From contig CAVVEM010000004.1 in assembly GCA_963747325.1 (NCBI GenBank), positions 1-64,000 of the forward strand: 64,000 nucleotides of DNA. The letters are read 5' to 3'. The stretch comes from an uncultured Chloroflexia bacterium. GTDB lineage: Bacteria > Chloroflexota > Anaerolineae > Anaerolineales > Anaerolineaceae. Of this stretch, positions 52,448 to 62,704 are shown piece after piece. Both the position numbers and the translations under genes were made by a program. The notes beneath the pieces were generated by a model. That model was not told the origin of the DNA and did not search any database. It saw only the letters and a list, made by a program, of their open reading frames with translations. Numbering within the stretch: position 1 is the first letter of the stretch; each line of letters opens with the position of its first letter.

Positions 52448-54029
52448 TCGCACTTTTCTGCAGGATGGATTGGGATTGGCTTTTTTTGCTATTCTCATCA
52501 CTATACCACCCATGTTCTTGCAGCTTGTCCCGGGATATATGGATGCGGAATATTATTTTATGGGGGGATTAAATCTATTCCAGGGAAATGGCTTTTATGA
52601 AAACGCGCTCTGGAATACACTGATTCTGCCGGATGCGCTGCCTATGGCCTCTCATCTTTATTGGATGCCGCTGCCATCCATTCTGGCCAGTTGGGGGATG
52701 ATGCTTTTTCAATCCAATGCATACGTGTATGCCCGTTTCTTTTTTACCCTCTTTGCTGCCTTGATCCCTGTAATTACTTTTGGATTTACATATCGGATCA
52801 GCAAAAATCGAGCAATGAGCATCACAGCGGGGTTCATGGCCGTATTTTCAGGTATGTACCTTGTTTATTTATCGCTGGTGGAGTCTTTTTCACCGTATAT
52901 GCTTTTCGGCGGCCTTATTATTTTTCTGGCTTATTATTACCTTGAATCCCAAAATAAAAATCATTTTGTTCTTGTTTTTGGCACCTTAGGCTTGCTGAGC
53001 GGCTTGATGCATTTATCCCGGGCGGATGGTATCCTCTGGGTGGTATTTGTCGGCCTATTGATTCTCTATCGACTGATTAAAAAGAAAAATTGGCTGGAAG
53101 CGATTGGTTCTGGTTTGTGTTTGCTGGCTGGATATTTGGGTTTGATGCTGCCCTGGTACTTGCGAAATTTCCACTTATTTCAGGGTTTATTTCCGCCATC
53201 CAATCAAAGCACCCTGTTTTTGCTGGGCTATAATGATAATTTTCTATACCCAGCCGGTCAATTGGCCCTCCAGCGCTGGTTGGATTCTGGCTGGCAGGCG
53301 ATTCTAACAATCCGATTACAGGCTGTTGGCGCTAATTTGCTGACAACACTGATGATTCATTTTAACCTCTTGTTACTCCCTTTTTTTATTCTTTACCTGG
53401 CAGAAAATCGGAAATCATTTTTTATTCGCTGGGTTGTGCTTTGTTATTCCTTACAGTTCATTTTCATGAGTGTGTTGTTTCCATTTGCCGGAATGCGAGG
53501 CGGTTTTTTTCATTCCGGATCCGCTTTTCAAATTTTCTTTTGGGTAGGCTCCAGCCTGGGATTGTATGCTGCTGTAGGCAAGTTAATGCTCAGGCGCAGG
53601 CAAAGCGATGAAAGAATTTATCGAATATTTTCTGTCGGCATTCTTGTTATCCTGTTGGCTTCTACGATATTGCTGTATCAGCAGAAAGTCTTTGGAAAAG
53701 AGATGAACAAAGAATATTGGCAGCAAGGTTATCTGGTTTATACCAGGCTGAATCAAGATCTCATCTCCCATGATATTCCTGCAGCCGCTAGTGTATTTGT
53801 CAATAATCCACCAGGTTTTTTCCTTGTGTCCCAACGCAAGGCAGTGGTTGTTCCAAATGCATCCATTGATGAGGTACATGAGCTTGCCAAGAAATATGAA
53901 ATTAATTATTTGATTCTGGATGAGCATATTGTTCCACAATTGGCTGATTTCTATCAAGAAGGTGCATCCGGGCATGGATTCGACTATTTATTTGCCTCGG
54001 GATCATTCAAAGTATACAGGGTGGAATGA
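52428..54029 (+). CDS. GT-C-fold membrane glycosyltransferase-like protein, paralog 6
   Basis: Starts MQAKKIDRTFLQDGLGLAFFAIL; GYMDAEYYF loop motif; polytopic. Confidence 0.55.
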   Translation: MQAKKIDRTFLQDGLGLAFFAILITIPPMFLQLVPGYMDAEYYFMGGLNLFQGNGFYENALWNTLILPDALPMASHLYWMPLPSILASWGMMLFQSNAYVYARFFFTLFAALIPVITFGFTYRISKNRAMSITAGFMAVFSGMYLVYLSLVESFSPYMLFGGLIIFLAYYYLESQNKNHFVLVFGTLGLLSGLMHLSRADGILWVVFVGLLILYRLIKKKNWLEAIGSGLCLLAGYLGLMLPWYLRNFHLFQGLFPPSNQSTLFLLGYNDNFLYPAGQLALQRWLDSGWQAILTIRLQAVGANLLTTLMIHFNLLLLPFFILYLAENRKSFFIRWVVLCYSLQFIFMSVLFPFAGMRGGFFHSGSAFQIFFWVGSSLGLYAAVGKLMLRRRQSDERIYRIFSVGILVILLASTILLYQQKVFGKEMNKEYWQQGYLVYTRLNQDLISHDIPAAASVFVNNPPGFFLVSQRKAVVVPNASIDEVHELAKKYEINYLILDEHIVPQLADFYQEGASGHGFDYLFASGSFKVYRVE

Positions 54030-54030
54030 A

Positions 54031-55524
54031 ATGAATTATGGAACTGACAAAATTTTACGAATAGGCATTCCCATAATAGCGATTCTTGCTGTGGGTGGAT
54101 ACCTGATCTTCAGTTTAAATGGATACGGGTTGGGTTACCCACTGGATGATGCCTGGATCCACCTCACCTATGCCAGAAATATAGTCTCTTTTGGTCAATG
54201 GATGTTTCTGCCGGGTTTGGTTTCCGGCGGTTCCACTTCCCCCTTATGGACAATTTTACTAACGCCGGCTTTTTTTCTCCGTCTTGCGCCGGTACTATGG
54301 ACAACCTTGCTTGGCATCCTCTGCCTTACCGCATTGGGATTTTTATCCAAAATATTTATCAAACAGCATAACGAAAAATCCATAAATATAAAATTTGCCA
54401 TATTTGTGATGCTGGAATGGCATTTTGTTTGGGCCGCACTCTCCGGCATGGAAACCATGCTGCAAGTAGTCGGTAATTTGTCAGCGATGGTGATGATCTT
54501 TTTTGTATATAAAGAAAGAAATACAGCTCCTATGTGGTTTTTAACCGGTGTTCTGATAGGGGCATTGGTATGGATCCGGCCGGATAGTTTGACCTGGATG
54601 GGTCCGGCGATGGTTCTGGCCTTTGCCGCCAGCTATTTCTCCGGAGTTCGAAAATCCTCTGTCTGGTTATTCCTCCTGCTTGGTTTCCTGCTTCCCTTTG
54701 GGGCGTATTTATTGTTTAATTGGCAGGTTGCAGGCAGCATCTGGCCAACCACCATGTATGCAAAGCAGGCCGAATATCAGGCACAATTAAGTATGCCGTT
54801 TTTGAACCGCTATATGAAATTAATGAGCTTGCCGTTTGTGGGAAGCAGCATCCTTTTAGTGCCTGGCTTGATTCTTTTGGGTATCAAAGGGATGAGGACA
54901 AGAAATTTGCCCGTTCTGGTATATTATCTTTGGTGGCTGGGCATGGTGGGGTTGTATGCCTGGAAATTGCCAGTAACCTATCAACACGGACGTTACATGA
55001 TCCCTACGATGATCATTCCAATCCTCTGCGGCCTGGTCGGATCTATCCAGTTAGTCGAATCTTTGAAGATGGGCATGGTCTGGAAAAATCGATTGGTATT
55101 TGCCGGCGGTAGTATGTTGATCGGCCTGCAATTAGCCTTTTATGTTTTAGGGGGAAACGCCTATCGTCAGGATGTTGGCGTAATTGAAACGGAAATGGTT
55201 CAAACAGCTAAATGGGTGGCTGGAAATATCCCCGGTGATAAAAAACTGGCCGTGCATGACATTGGTGCCATGGGGTATTATGCTGAGCGTGAATTCCTTG
55301 ATCTGGCCGGACTGATAAATCAAGAAGTGATTCCTTTCATTCGAAATGAGAAAAAATTGGCAAAGTTCCTGGATGAACAAGAAATTGATTACGTTATTGT
55401 TTTCCCGACCTGGTATCCAACCATGCTGGCAGATAAAGAGATTCTCTATTCCACTTCCAGTAAATTATCCCCTTCATTGGGGGGTGAAAATATGACCATT
55501 TATTGCTGGAAAAAATGTAAGTGA
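54031..55524 (+). CDS. GT-C-fold membrane glycosyltransferase-like protein, paralog 7
   Basis: GYPLDDAWIHLTYARNI loop motif, related to paralog 3; begins 2 nt after the paralog 6 stop. Confidence 0.55.
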   Translation: MNYGTDKILRIGIPIIAILAVGGYLIFSLNGYGLGYPLDDAWIHLTYARNIVSFGQWMFLPGLVSGGSTSPLWTILLTPAFFLRLAPVLWTTLLGILCLTALGFLSKIFIKQHNEKSINIKFAIFVMLEWHFVWAALSGMETMLQVVGNLSAMVMIFFVYKERNTAPMWFLTGVLIGALVWIRPDSLTWMGPAMVLAFAASYFSGVRKSSVWLFLLLGFLLPFGAYLLFNWQVAGSIWPTTMYAKQAEYQAQLSMPFLNRYMKLMSLPFVGSSILLVPGLILLGIKGMRTRNLPVLVYYLWWLGMVGLYAWKLPVTYQHGRYMIPTMIIPILCGLVGSIQLVESLKMGMVWKNRLVFAGGSMLIGLQLAFYVLGGNAYRQDVGVIETEMVQTAKWVAGNIPGDKKLAVHDIGAMGYYAEREFLDLAGLINQEVIPFIRNEKKLAKFLDEQEIDYVIVFPTWYPTMLADKEILYSTSSKLSPSLGGENMTIYCWKKCK

Positions 55525-55616
55525 CAGATTTGTAACAATAAAATCATTTATGCTATACTTATTAATTAGTACCCAAATTATTGGGTTGATATTAAGAGGC
55601 TAGGAGAACCGCTGAT

Positions 55617-56669
55617 ATGGATCTTGCTTCAGCTGTAACCGATCAAAACTTTGATGAGTACAAAAGTGAATTACTGAGTGAGATCGAGCGTTCTCGCAAT
55701 AAATTGGATGAAATATCCAATATGATTGAGCAAAGCCAGATCGAGTTAAATAAACTGGTTGAGCGAAACGCTTCCATCTCCGGGCATTTGCAGCATGTAA
55801 AAAGTCAAATTGACGTTATTCCCCGGCCTGATATTCGCACGGCTTATAATGCTGCCATGGATGCCCAACAACGGCTGATGGTTATGCGCGGTCAGCTGGA
55901 AAAATTGCAATGTGAGCGGGACCAAATCCAACAGTACATGAAATTTCTGGAAAAAACCAATCAGAATTTTTATCGAGATGGTGAAAATAATAATCGGAAA
56001 TCCAGCCAAAGCGGAAAAGATGTCCTTGAGATGGTGATTAGTTCACAGGAAGCGGTACGGCAACGCCTTTCCAGGCAGATGCATGACGGCCCTGCACAAG
56101 CTTTGTCTAATTTCATTGTGCAAGCGGAAATTGCTGGCCGTCTCTTTGAAATTGATGCAGGTCGAGCCAGAGATGAACTCTCCAATTTGAAAGCAGCAGC
56201 TTTAAGTACTTTTCAAAAAGTACGCATTTTTATTTTTGAATTACGCCCCATGATGTTGGATGATCTGGGTTTATTTCCTACCATTAAGCGCTATGTAGAT
56301 AACTTTAAAGAAGAGATTTCTCATGATGTGACCTTATCCATTAAAGGACAAGAACGTCGTCTTGAGCCTTATCTCGAGGTTATGATTTTTAGAGCATTAC
56401 AAGAGTTATTAGGAAATGCTGCCAGACATAATAATGAAAAAGTTGATATTGATGTTAAAATTCTGATCGAAGATAATTGGATCAAGGTGTCTGTAAGTGA
56501 TACCGGTAAGGGTTTTGATCCAAGCAAACTGGATAAATCTGAGGGTTTGGGTTTAAAATTAATCAAGGAAAGAGTCGAACTCCTCGGCGGCAATATGGAT
56601 TTTGAATCGGCGATAGGACAAGGAACAAAAATTACTTTTAAGGTTCCTTGTTTGGAAATGAAAAAATAA
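55617..56669 (+). CDS. soluble sensor histidine kinase, HisKA_3 (NarX/DesK-type) with N-terminal coiled coil
   Basis: H-box RQMHDGPAQAL; HATPase_c with N (LLGNAARHN) and G (DTGKGF, GLGLKLIKERV) boxes; no TM helix. Confidence 0.8.
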   Translation: MDLASAVTDQNFDEYKSELLSEIERSRNKLDEISNMIEQSQIELNKLVERNASISGHLQHVKSQIDVIPRPDIRTAYNAAMDAQQRLMVMRGQLEKLQCERDQIQQYMKFLEKTNQNFYRDGENNNRKSSQSGKDVLEMVISSQEAVRQRLSRQMHDGPAQALSNFIVQAEIAGRLFEIDAGRARDELSNLKAAALSTFQKVRIFIFELRPMMLDDLGLFPTIKRYVDNFKEEISHDVTLSIKGQERRLEPYLEVMIFRALQELLGNAARHNNEKVDIDVKILIEDNWIKVSVSDTGKGFDPSKLDKSEGLGLKLIKERVELLGGNMDFESAIGQGTKITFKVPCLEMKK

Positions 56670-56716
56670 TTTCAAATTAAAGTCATCATAAAAAATCATT
56701 ATATATCATCGGAGGG

Positions 56717-57890
56717 ATGATGAAGAAGACGTTAGGTCTCCTTACTGGCGGTGGCGATGTACCTGGATTGAATCCATGTATGAAAGCAGTTGTGATGAGT
56801 GCGTTGGAGGCTGGTTACAATGTAATTGGTATCCGACGAGGATGGGGTGGGCTGCTAGGTTACAATCCGGATGATCCAGAAAGTGAAGCCAAGAACATCC
56901 GTCAGATTAACCAGTGAGGATGTACGTATTATTGACCGCACAGGCGGAACATTTTTACATACTTCCCGAACCAATCCACAACGGGTAACCCCTGGGATGG
57001 TTCCTGATTTTCTCAAAGGGTCTCCATTGGGAAAACAGATTGATGATCAGGGTACGATGGATTATACAGCTCATATTTTACGTGTGCTGGAAATTCTCGG
57101 CATTGACACCATGGTGACGATTGGTGGTGATGATACCTTAAGCTACTCGGTCCGTTTACATCAGGAAGGAATACCGGTTATTGCCATCCCCAAGACCATG
57201 GATAATGATGTTTTTGGCACTGATTATTGTATTGGTTTCTCTACTGCCGTTACCCGTAGTGTGGAATTTATTACCAATATGCGCACCTCGGTCGGTTCCC
57301 ATGAACGAATTGGTATCGTGGAGTTATTTGGACGCAATTCCGGTGAGACCAGTTTGATCAGTGCATATCTGGCCTATGTTGACCGGGCAATTATTACGGA
57401 AGTCCATTGTAATGTCGATCGACTGTGTGATTACCTGATGCGTGATAAAAGCAATAATCCATCCAATTACGCCATCATGACCATTTCGGAAGGCGCAATT
57501 TTGGAAGGTGGTGCCGTGATTGAAACCGGAGAAGAGGATGCTTATGGACATCGCAAATTAGGTGGTGTTGGGGAGCTTCTTGCTGAACAGGTAAAACAAA
57601 TCACCGGCGAAAATATCATGTACCAGCAATTGGCCTACTTGATGCGTTCCGGCGCACCCGATTCGTTGGACCGCATGGTTGCCATGTCCTTTGGTCATCT
57701 GGCCATTCAGTTGGTTCAACGGGGAGATACCGGCAAAATCGTCGGCTTGCACGGTGGAAAATACACCACCATGCCGGTTAGCATTGTCCTGGCAGGCAAA
57801 AAACGGGTAGATGTTCCCGCATTTTATGATATTGAACATTACAAACCCAAAATTAAAGATTTTATGGGCGTACCGATGTTCTTGAGTTAG
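56717..57890 (+). CDS. pfp: 6-phosphofructokinase, probably PPi-dependent; one frameshift near 56890
   Basis: GGGDVPGLN, then TIGGDDT and IPKTMDND. Asp in GGDD and Lys in PKT are the known PPi-PFK signature. Confidence 0.75.
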
Positions 57891-57936
57891 CACCACAAAA
57901 AACTTATTCAAATACCGTAAAGGTATTTCTGGAGGC

Positions 57937-58891
57937 ATGATGATTGTAACAACTGCAAAATTATTTGAAGCCGCTTATGGTAAATATGCGATTGGTGCAT
58001 ACAATATTAACAATCTGGAACAAACCATGGGTTTATTCCAGGGGAACTTGCAAAGTAGCGCGCCATTTATTATCCAGATCAGCAAAGGTGCCCGCAAATT
58101 TACCCATAAGTTAATGCTGGAAGGTTTGATTCGCAGCGCCGACCAAGTATTTCCCGAAGCGATTTTTGCTGTCCATCTGGATCATGGCGATGAAGAGACC
58201 TGCTATGATTGTATTGATTCCGGTTTCTATAGCTCTGTGATGATTGATGCAAGCCATTATTCTTTCGATGAAAATATCGCCATTACCAAGCGTGTGGTTG
58301 ATCGAGCCCATGCCAAGGGGCTGGTTGTGGAAGCTGAATTGGGCCAATTGGGCGGCGTGGAAGAGGATGTTAAAGTCAGCGAAGCAGAAGCAAAATTAAC
58401 CAATCCGGATCAGGCAAAAGAGTTTGTCGAACGGACGGGTGTGGATTCACTGGCCTGTGCAATTGGTACCAGCCACGGCGCTTTTAAATTCTCCGGTTCA
58501 CAATCCTTGCATTTTGATGTTCTGGAAGCCATTCAGAAGAATTTGCCTGGTTTCCCATTGGTTATGCACGGCAGCAGTTCTGTTCCTCAAGAAGAAGTAC
58601 AGCGTATTAATGCAGCTGGCGGAAAGATGGGTGGCGCAAAAGGTGTCGATGCCAGCCAATTCAAACATGCCGCTGAACTTAGGCGTTACCAAAGTCAATA
58701 TTGATACCGATGGTCGTCTGGTTTGGACGCGCGTTCACCGTGAATACTTCCGTGATTATCCTGAGAAATTTGATTTACGTGATCCTGGTGTTGTTTTCAT
58801 GAAAGAATATGCGAATTTTATTGCTGATAAGAATGATAAATTGGGCAGCGCTGGTCAGTTGGAGATTGTAAGAAAACTTCTGGCTAAATAA
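57937..58891 (+). CDS. fba: class II fructose-bisphosphate aldolase, one frameshift near 58675
   Basis: GGAGG RBS; HLDHGD...SVMIDASH...GTSHGAFKF...MHGSSSV, then the shifted ...GVTKVNIDTDGRL. Confidence 0.8.
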
Positions 58892-58961
58892 TTTACTTTA
58901 AGTTGAAAGGTAGACATCTACTGGTGTTATACGGTAGATGTCTTCTTATTTCTGGAGGCAT

Positions 58962-59463
58962 ATGCCCAAACAGGACCAAGGAATGTCATCTGATCGCTAT
59001 CAAATTATTCCCCGTACCTTGGTGTTTGTTGAAAATGAGGACAAAATTTTATTATTAAAAGGTGCGCCGACAAAACGCATATGGGCAAATCAATTCAATG
59101 GCATTGGGGGTCATATTGAAAAAGGAGAAGACGTACGCAGTGCTGCGGTGAGGGAACTAAAGGAAGAAACTGGGTTAAGCGTCTCTGTTTTAAAGCTCTG
59201 TGCGTTGATTATGATTGATGTAGAAGACAGTTCCGGTATCGGGTTATTTGTTTTTCGAGGAAAGGATCCGATGGCGAACAAAGAAGTTCGGAGGAGGGAA
59301 GTTTGTGTTGGATTCCCGTTGCGGATTTGCTGAAATATCCTTTAGTGGAGGATTTACCGGTATTAATTCCCGAAATTCTTAACCTGCATGCGAATGATGA
59401 GCCATTGTTTATCCGTTATACCTTTGATGAAAAGGATCAACTGGTCATCAAAATCAATCGCTG
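58962..59463 (+). CDS. NUDIX hydrolase, C-terminal region frameshifted near 59290
   Basis: Nudix box GGHIEKGEDVRSAAVRELKEETGL; GGAGG RBS 4 nt before ATG 58962. Confidence 0.7.
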
Positions 59464-60017
59464 ATTCGTTCATAAAAAACTAAAAGTGTACTGCCGTATT
59501 TTCGCTCTTCAAATTCCAGCAGATTTTTTAATTCGACTTTCTGATATTCGACCGGATGGATTTGTACAATTACCCAGGCGTCATCCACCAGCCACTCAGG
59601 ATTCTCATCCAATTGTTTTAATGCCGTGATCCACATTTGTTTGTATTGTGGGGGAGCGATGTAAATATAATCAAATGGTTCATCAACCATGGTTTGAAAG
59701 TATCTCAGGGCATCTGAATTAAGCACCTGTGCTTTATCTGCCAGCTTGGTGTGCTGCAAATTATCTTTGATGACCGTGACGGCCTTGCTGCTTTTATCCA
59801 GAAAACGACAAAAGGTCGCGCCTCGGCTGAGGGCTTCAATACCCACGCTACCGGTTCCACCAAAGAGGTCCAGAAATCGGCTTTCGATGATGTCAATGCC
59901 GAGTATATTAAAAAGTGCTTCTTTTACGCGGTCTGTGATGGGTCTGGTGGTGTCACCGGGAACGGAAGCAATACGCATTCCTTTTGCAGTGCCGGAAATG
60001 ATGCGAAGTGTATTCAA
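59454..60017 (-). CDS. rsmD: 16S rRNA (guanine966-N2)-methyltransferase
   Basis: TRPITDRVKEALFNIL, DLFGGTGSVGIEALSRGA and the conserved D/NPPY-like IAPPQY. Confidence 0.85.
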   Translation of the reverse strand: MNTLRIISGTAKGMRIASVPGDTTRPITDRVKEALFNILGIDIIESRFLDLFGGTGSVGIEALSRGATFCRFLDKSSKAVTVIKDNLQHTKLADKAQVLNSDALRYFQTMVDEPFDYIYIAPPQYKQMWITALKQLDENPEWLVDDAWVIVQIHPVEYQKVELKNLLEFEERKYGSTLLVFYERISD

Positions 60018-61240
60018 GAGGTAGTTTCCAACTTAAAGATGGATTGCATGGCAGTTTGTATGGTCAGGTCTTCATTCTCGCGTTCGGTGTCATTGGTCAT
60101 CGCAGCCGGCGAATTTCTCATGCGTAAGGCAATCCCTGCCACCGCTTGTAGATCCACTAGATTGACACGGTCGCGATTATCAGCAGCGGCATGCGCTTTG
60201 GCTGCTTCGAACAAACTAATTTCTGCTCGAATGGAAGGGATTTTCAAACTGGTGATCAGTTCAATGCCTAATTTGGCAATATCTTCCGGAATGAACATTT
60301 GGCCGACAAGACGTTGCGCATTGGCAATATCCTCGGCTAATTTGTGGGTATCCTCTTCAAAATCTTTGATTAATAGATATGGATAAGAACGATAAATCTG
60401 GCTGCGCTGATAGGCCAGATAGCGCTCATTTACTGTGTCCAGGGAGTTTGCAAATACCCGTAATCCAAATCGATCCAGAATTTGTGGACGTAAAAAACCT
60501 TCCTGTGGATTCATGGTACCGATCATGGAGAAGCTGGATTTAAGGGTTGCCGATAAAGAACCGCGCCGAACAGTATAGGAACCATAAGCGCTGGCATCCA
60601 GAATGGCATCCAGTATATCGTTATGCAGCAGGTTGATTTCATCCACCAATAGGAGGTTGCGATCTGCTTTGGAAAGAATGCCCCTTTTAAATTGCAGTGG
60701 ATTGGTAGGCTGAAGGGTATCATCCAGTCGGCCAATTACGTCATCAATCTCGGCGTTCAAAGGTAATTCAACCAGACGGGAGGGTTCCAAATGAGTCAGC
60801 GGTTGATTCATGGCAAACTTTTGTGCACAATCGTCACAGATTGCATCGGTGCCGCCGGAAAGGACATCATCTTCCGTGCAGCCATAAAAGCAGGAGCTTT
60901 TTTCAACCATGGGTAAAAGAGGAATCAGGCTTCTGACAGCCGTGGTTTTGCCCGTACCTCTGGGGCCGATGAGGAGCACTCCGCCTATCATGGGATTGAT
61001 CAAAGATAAAATGAGGGCAAGTTTCATTTCATGTTGACCGACAATCGCAGAAAACGGAAAAGGTAGCTTCTCGGCAAAACCATATTCAGATCCCCGTTCA
61101 GTATCTGCCAGGTCCTTGCCGGAAACGATATTAATTAAATCCTTGATCGAGTTAATTGTGGATGGAAAAACACCCTCGGATGGATGATCATCTGAGGGGA
61201 ATTTTTCCGAGTTGTTCGCCGTTGATGGAGAATCATTCAT
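60014..61240 (-). CDS. BchI/ChlI-like (Mg-chelatase subunit I family) AAA+ ATPase with inserted Cys cluster
   Basis: FPFSAIVGQHEMKLAL...LLIGPRGTGKTT Walker A, LLVDEINLL Walker B, sensor region, and a CFYGC...CDDC insert. Confidence 0.7.
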   Translation of the reverse strand: MNDSPSTANNSEKFPSDDHPSEGVFPSTINSIKDLINIVSGKDLADTERGSEYGFAEKLPFPFSAIVGQHEMKLALILSLINPMIGGVLLIGPRGTGKTTAVRSLIPLLPMVEKSSCFYGCTEDDVLSGGTDAICDDCAQKFAMNQPLTHLEPSRLVELPLNAEIDDVIGRLDDTLQPTNPLQFKRGILSKADRNLLLVDEINLLHNDILDAILDASAYGSYTVRRGSLSATLKSSFSMIGTMNPQEGFLRPQILDRFGLRVFANSLDTVNERYLAYQRSQIYRSYPYLLIKDFEEDTHKLAEDIANAQRLVGQMFIPEDIAKLGIELITSLKIPSIRAEISLFEAAKAHAAADNRDRVNLVDLQAVAGIALRMRNSPAAMTNDTERENEDLTIQTAMQSIFKLETTS

Positions 61241-61261
61241 ACTTACTTCCGACCTGTTGAT

Positions 61262-61726
61262 TCAATCCTCAACATCATTATACGTCCAAAGACGGTTGAT
61301 GAAGAAGTTCCAGATCATGACGATGCCAATCGCACCCGCCAGTGCAAGGTTCTTGCTGATCACCTCCGCCGAAAGCGGCAGGGTGGTCATGGTAGTGAAT
61401 AACTTTAAGAAAAGAAACTCAAAGCCGGAGTAAATAAAGGTACGGATAATTAATCCAATAATGTTTACAACGAAGAATTGGGTTAATTGACGTGAAAAAT
61501 GTTTGCTGCGTGAATCCGGGTAGGTCCAATAGCGATTCCACAGGAAGTTGCTAATTACAGCAACGGTAAAGGAAATGGATTGGAATACCAGATTTTTGCC
61601 ATCCGGGAAAATCACAGCAAGCAAGTTAAAAATAGAAAAATCCACAACAGCGCCAATAGCGCCAACAATGGCAAATCGTATGAAACGAGTTTGTTCTTTT
61701 TTATTGGTAATAATTTGATTAATCAT
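61262..61726 (-). CDS. GtrA-family membrane protein
   Basis: 154 aa, 4 TM helices, RFIRFAIVGAIGAVVDF...FLWNRYWTY; its ATG overlaps the upstream stop as TGATG. Confidence 0.75.
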   Translation of the reverse strand: MINQIITNKKEQTRFIRFAIVGAIGAVVDFSIFNLLAVIFPDGKNLVFQSISFTVAVISNFLWNRYWTYPDSRSKHFSRQLTQFFVVNIIGLIIRTFIYSGFEFLFLKLFTTMTTLPLSAEVISKNLALAGAIGIVMIWNFFINRLWTYNDVED

Positions 61727-62682
61727 CAGAGGCCAAGTTTTTGTTTAAAGTAAGGGATGGAAAGCGCCAGACCTTCTTCTAAAGACAGCTTGGGTGACCA
61801 TTTTAAAATTTCTTTTGCACGGGTGATATCCGGTCTGCGACGGCTGGGGTCATCTCCCAGACGGGAATCCGGTTTATACATGATCCCGGCTTTATTACCA
61901 ATCATCTTATTCACCAATTCAGCAAATTCCAGGATGGTAAATTCAACGGGATTGCCAATATTGACGGGCATATGCTCATCAGATAACAACAAGCGATAAA
62001 TACCGTCAACAAGGTCACTGACATAACAAAAACTACGGGTTTGAGCGCCATCGCCATAGACAGTGAGATTTTCCCCTCTCAACGCTTGTTGAATGAAGTT
62101 AGGGACAACACGGCCGTCATCCAGGCGCATACGGGGACCATAGGTATTGAAGATGCGAACTATGCGTGTATCCACACCATGGTATCGGTGATAGGCCATG
62201 GTGAGGGCTTCTGCAAATCGTTTCGCTTCATCATAGACGGACCGGAAGCCGATAGGATCAGCATGACCCCAATAAGTTTCCTTTTGAGGATGTTCAAGCG
62301 GATCCCCATAGATTTCGCTGGTGGATGCCAGTAAGAATTTAGCATTATGGGCTCTGGCGACACCCAAAGAATTATGCGTACCCAAAGCACCGGCTTTCAT
62401 GGTCTGGATAGGCAGGCTGGGGTAGCTGAAAGGGGATTCGGGATTTGGACTGGCAGGGGATGCGAAGTGTAATACCGCATCGATTTTTCCGGGTGCAAAA
62501 ATGAAATTGGAGACATCATGACGGATGAATTCGAAATTCGGGTTGCCTGCAAGGTGCTCCAGGTTTTCCTCACTACCACTAACAAAGTTGTCCATCCCAA
62601 TGACTTGATGGCCTTCCTTAATTAATTTATCACATAAGTGGGAGCCTAAAAATCCAGCTGCACCGGTTATTAATATTCGCAT
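61726..62682 (-). CDS. uxs: UDP-glucuronate decarboxylase-like NAD-dependent epimerase/dehydratase
   Basis: [21 protein letters not shown] catalytic Yxxx[10 protein letters not shown]. Confidence 0.85.
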   Translation of the reverse strand: MRILITGAAGFLGSHLCDKLIKEGHQVIGMDNFVSGSEENLEHLAGNPNFEFIRHDVSNFIFAPGKIDAVLHFASPASPNPESPFSYPSLPIQTMKAGALGTHNSLGVARAHNAKFLLASTSEIYGDPLEHPQKETYWGHADPIGFRSVYDEAKRFAEALTMAYHRYHGVDTRIVRIFNTYGPRMRLDDGRVVPNFIQQALRGENLTVYGDGAQTRSFCYVSDLVDGIYRLLLSDEHMPVNIGNPVEFTILEFAELVNKMIGNKAGIMYKPDSRLGDDPSRRRPDITRAKEILKWSPKLSLEEGLALSIPYFKQKLGL

Positions 62683-62704
62683 AAAGATCCTCTTTGATGT
62701 AAGT

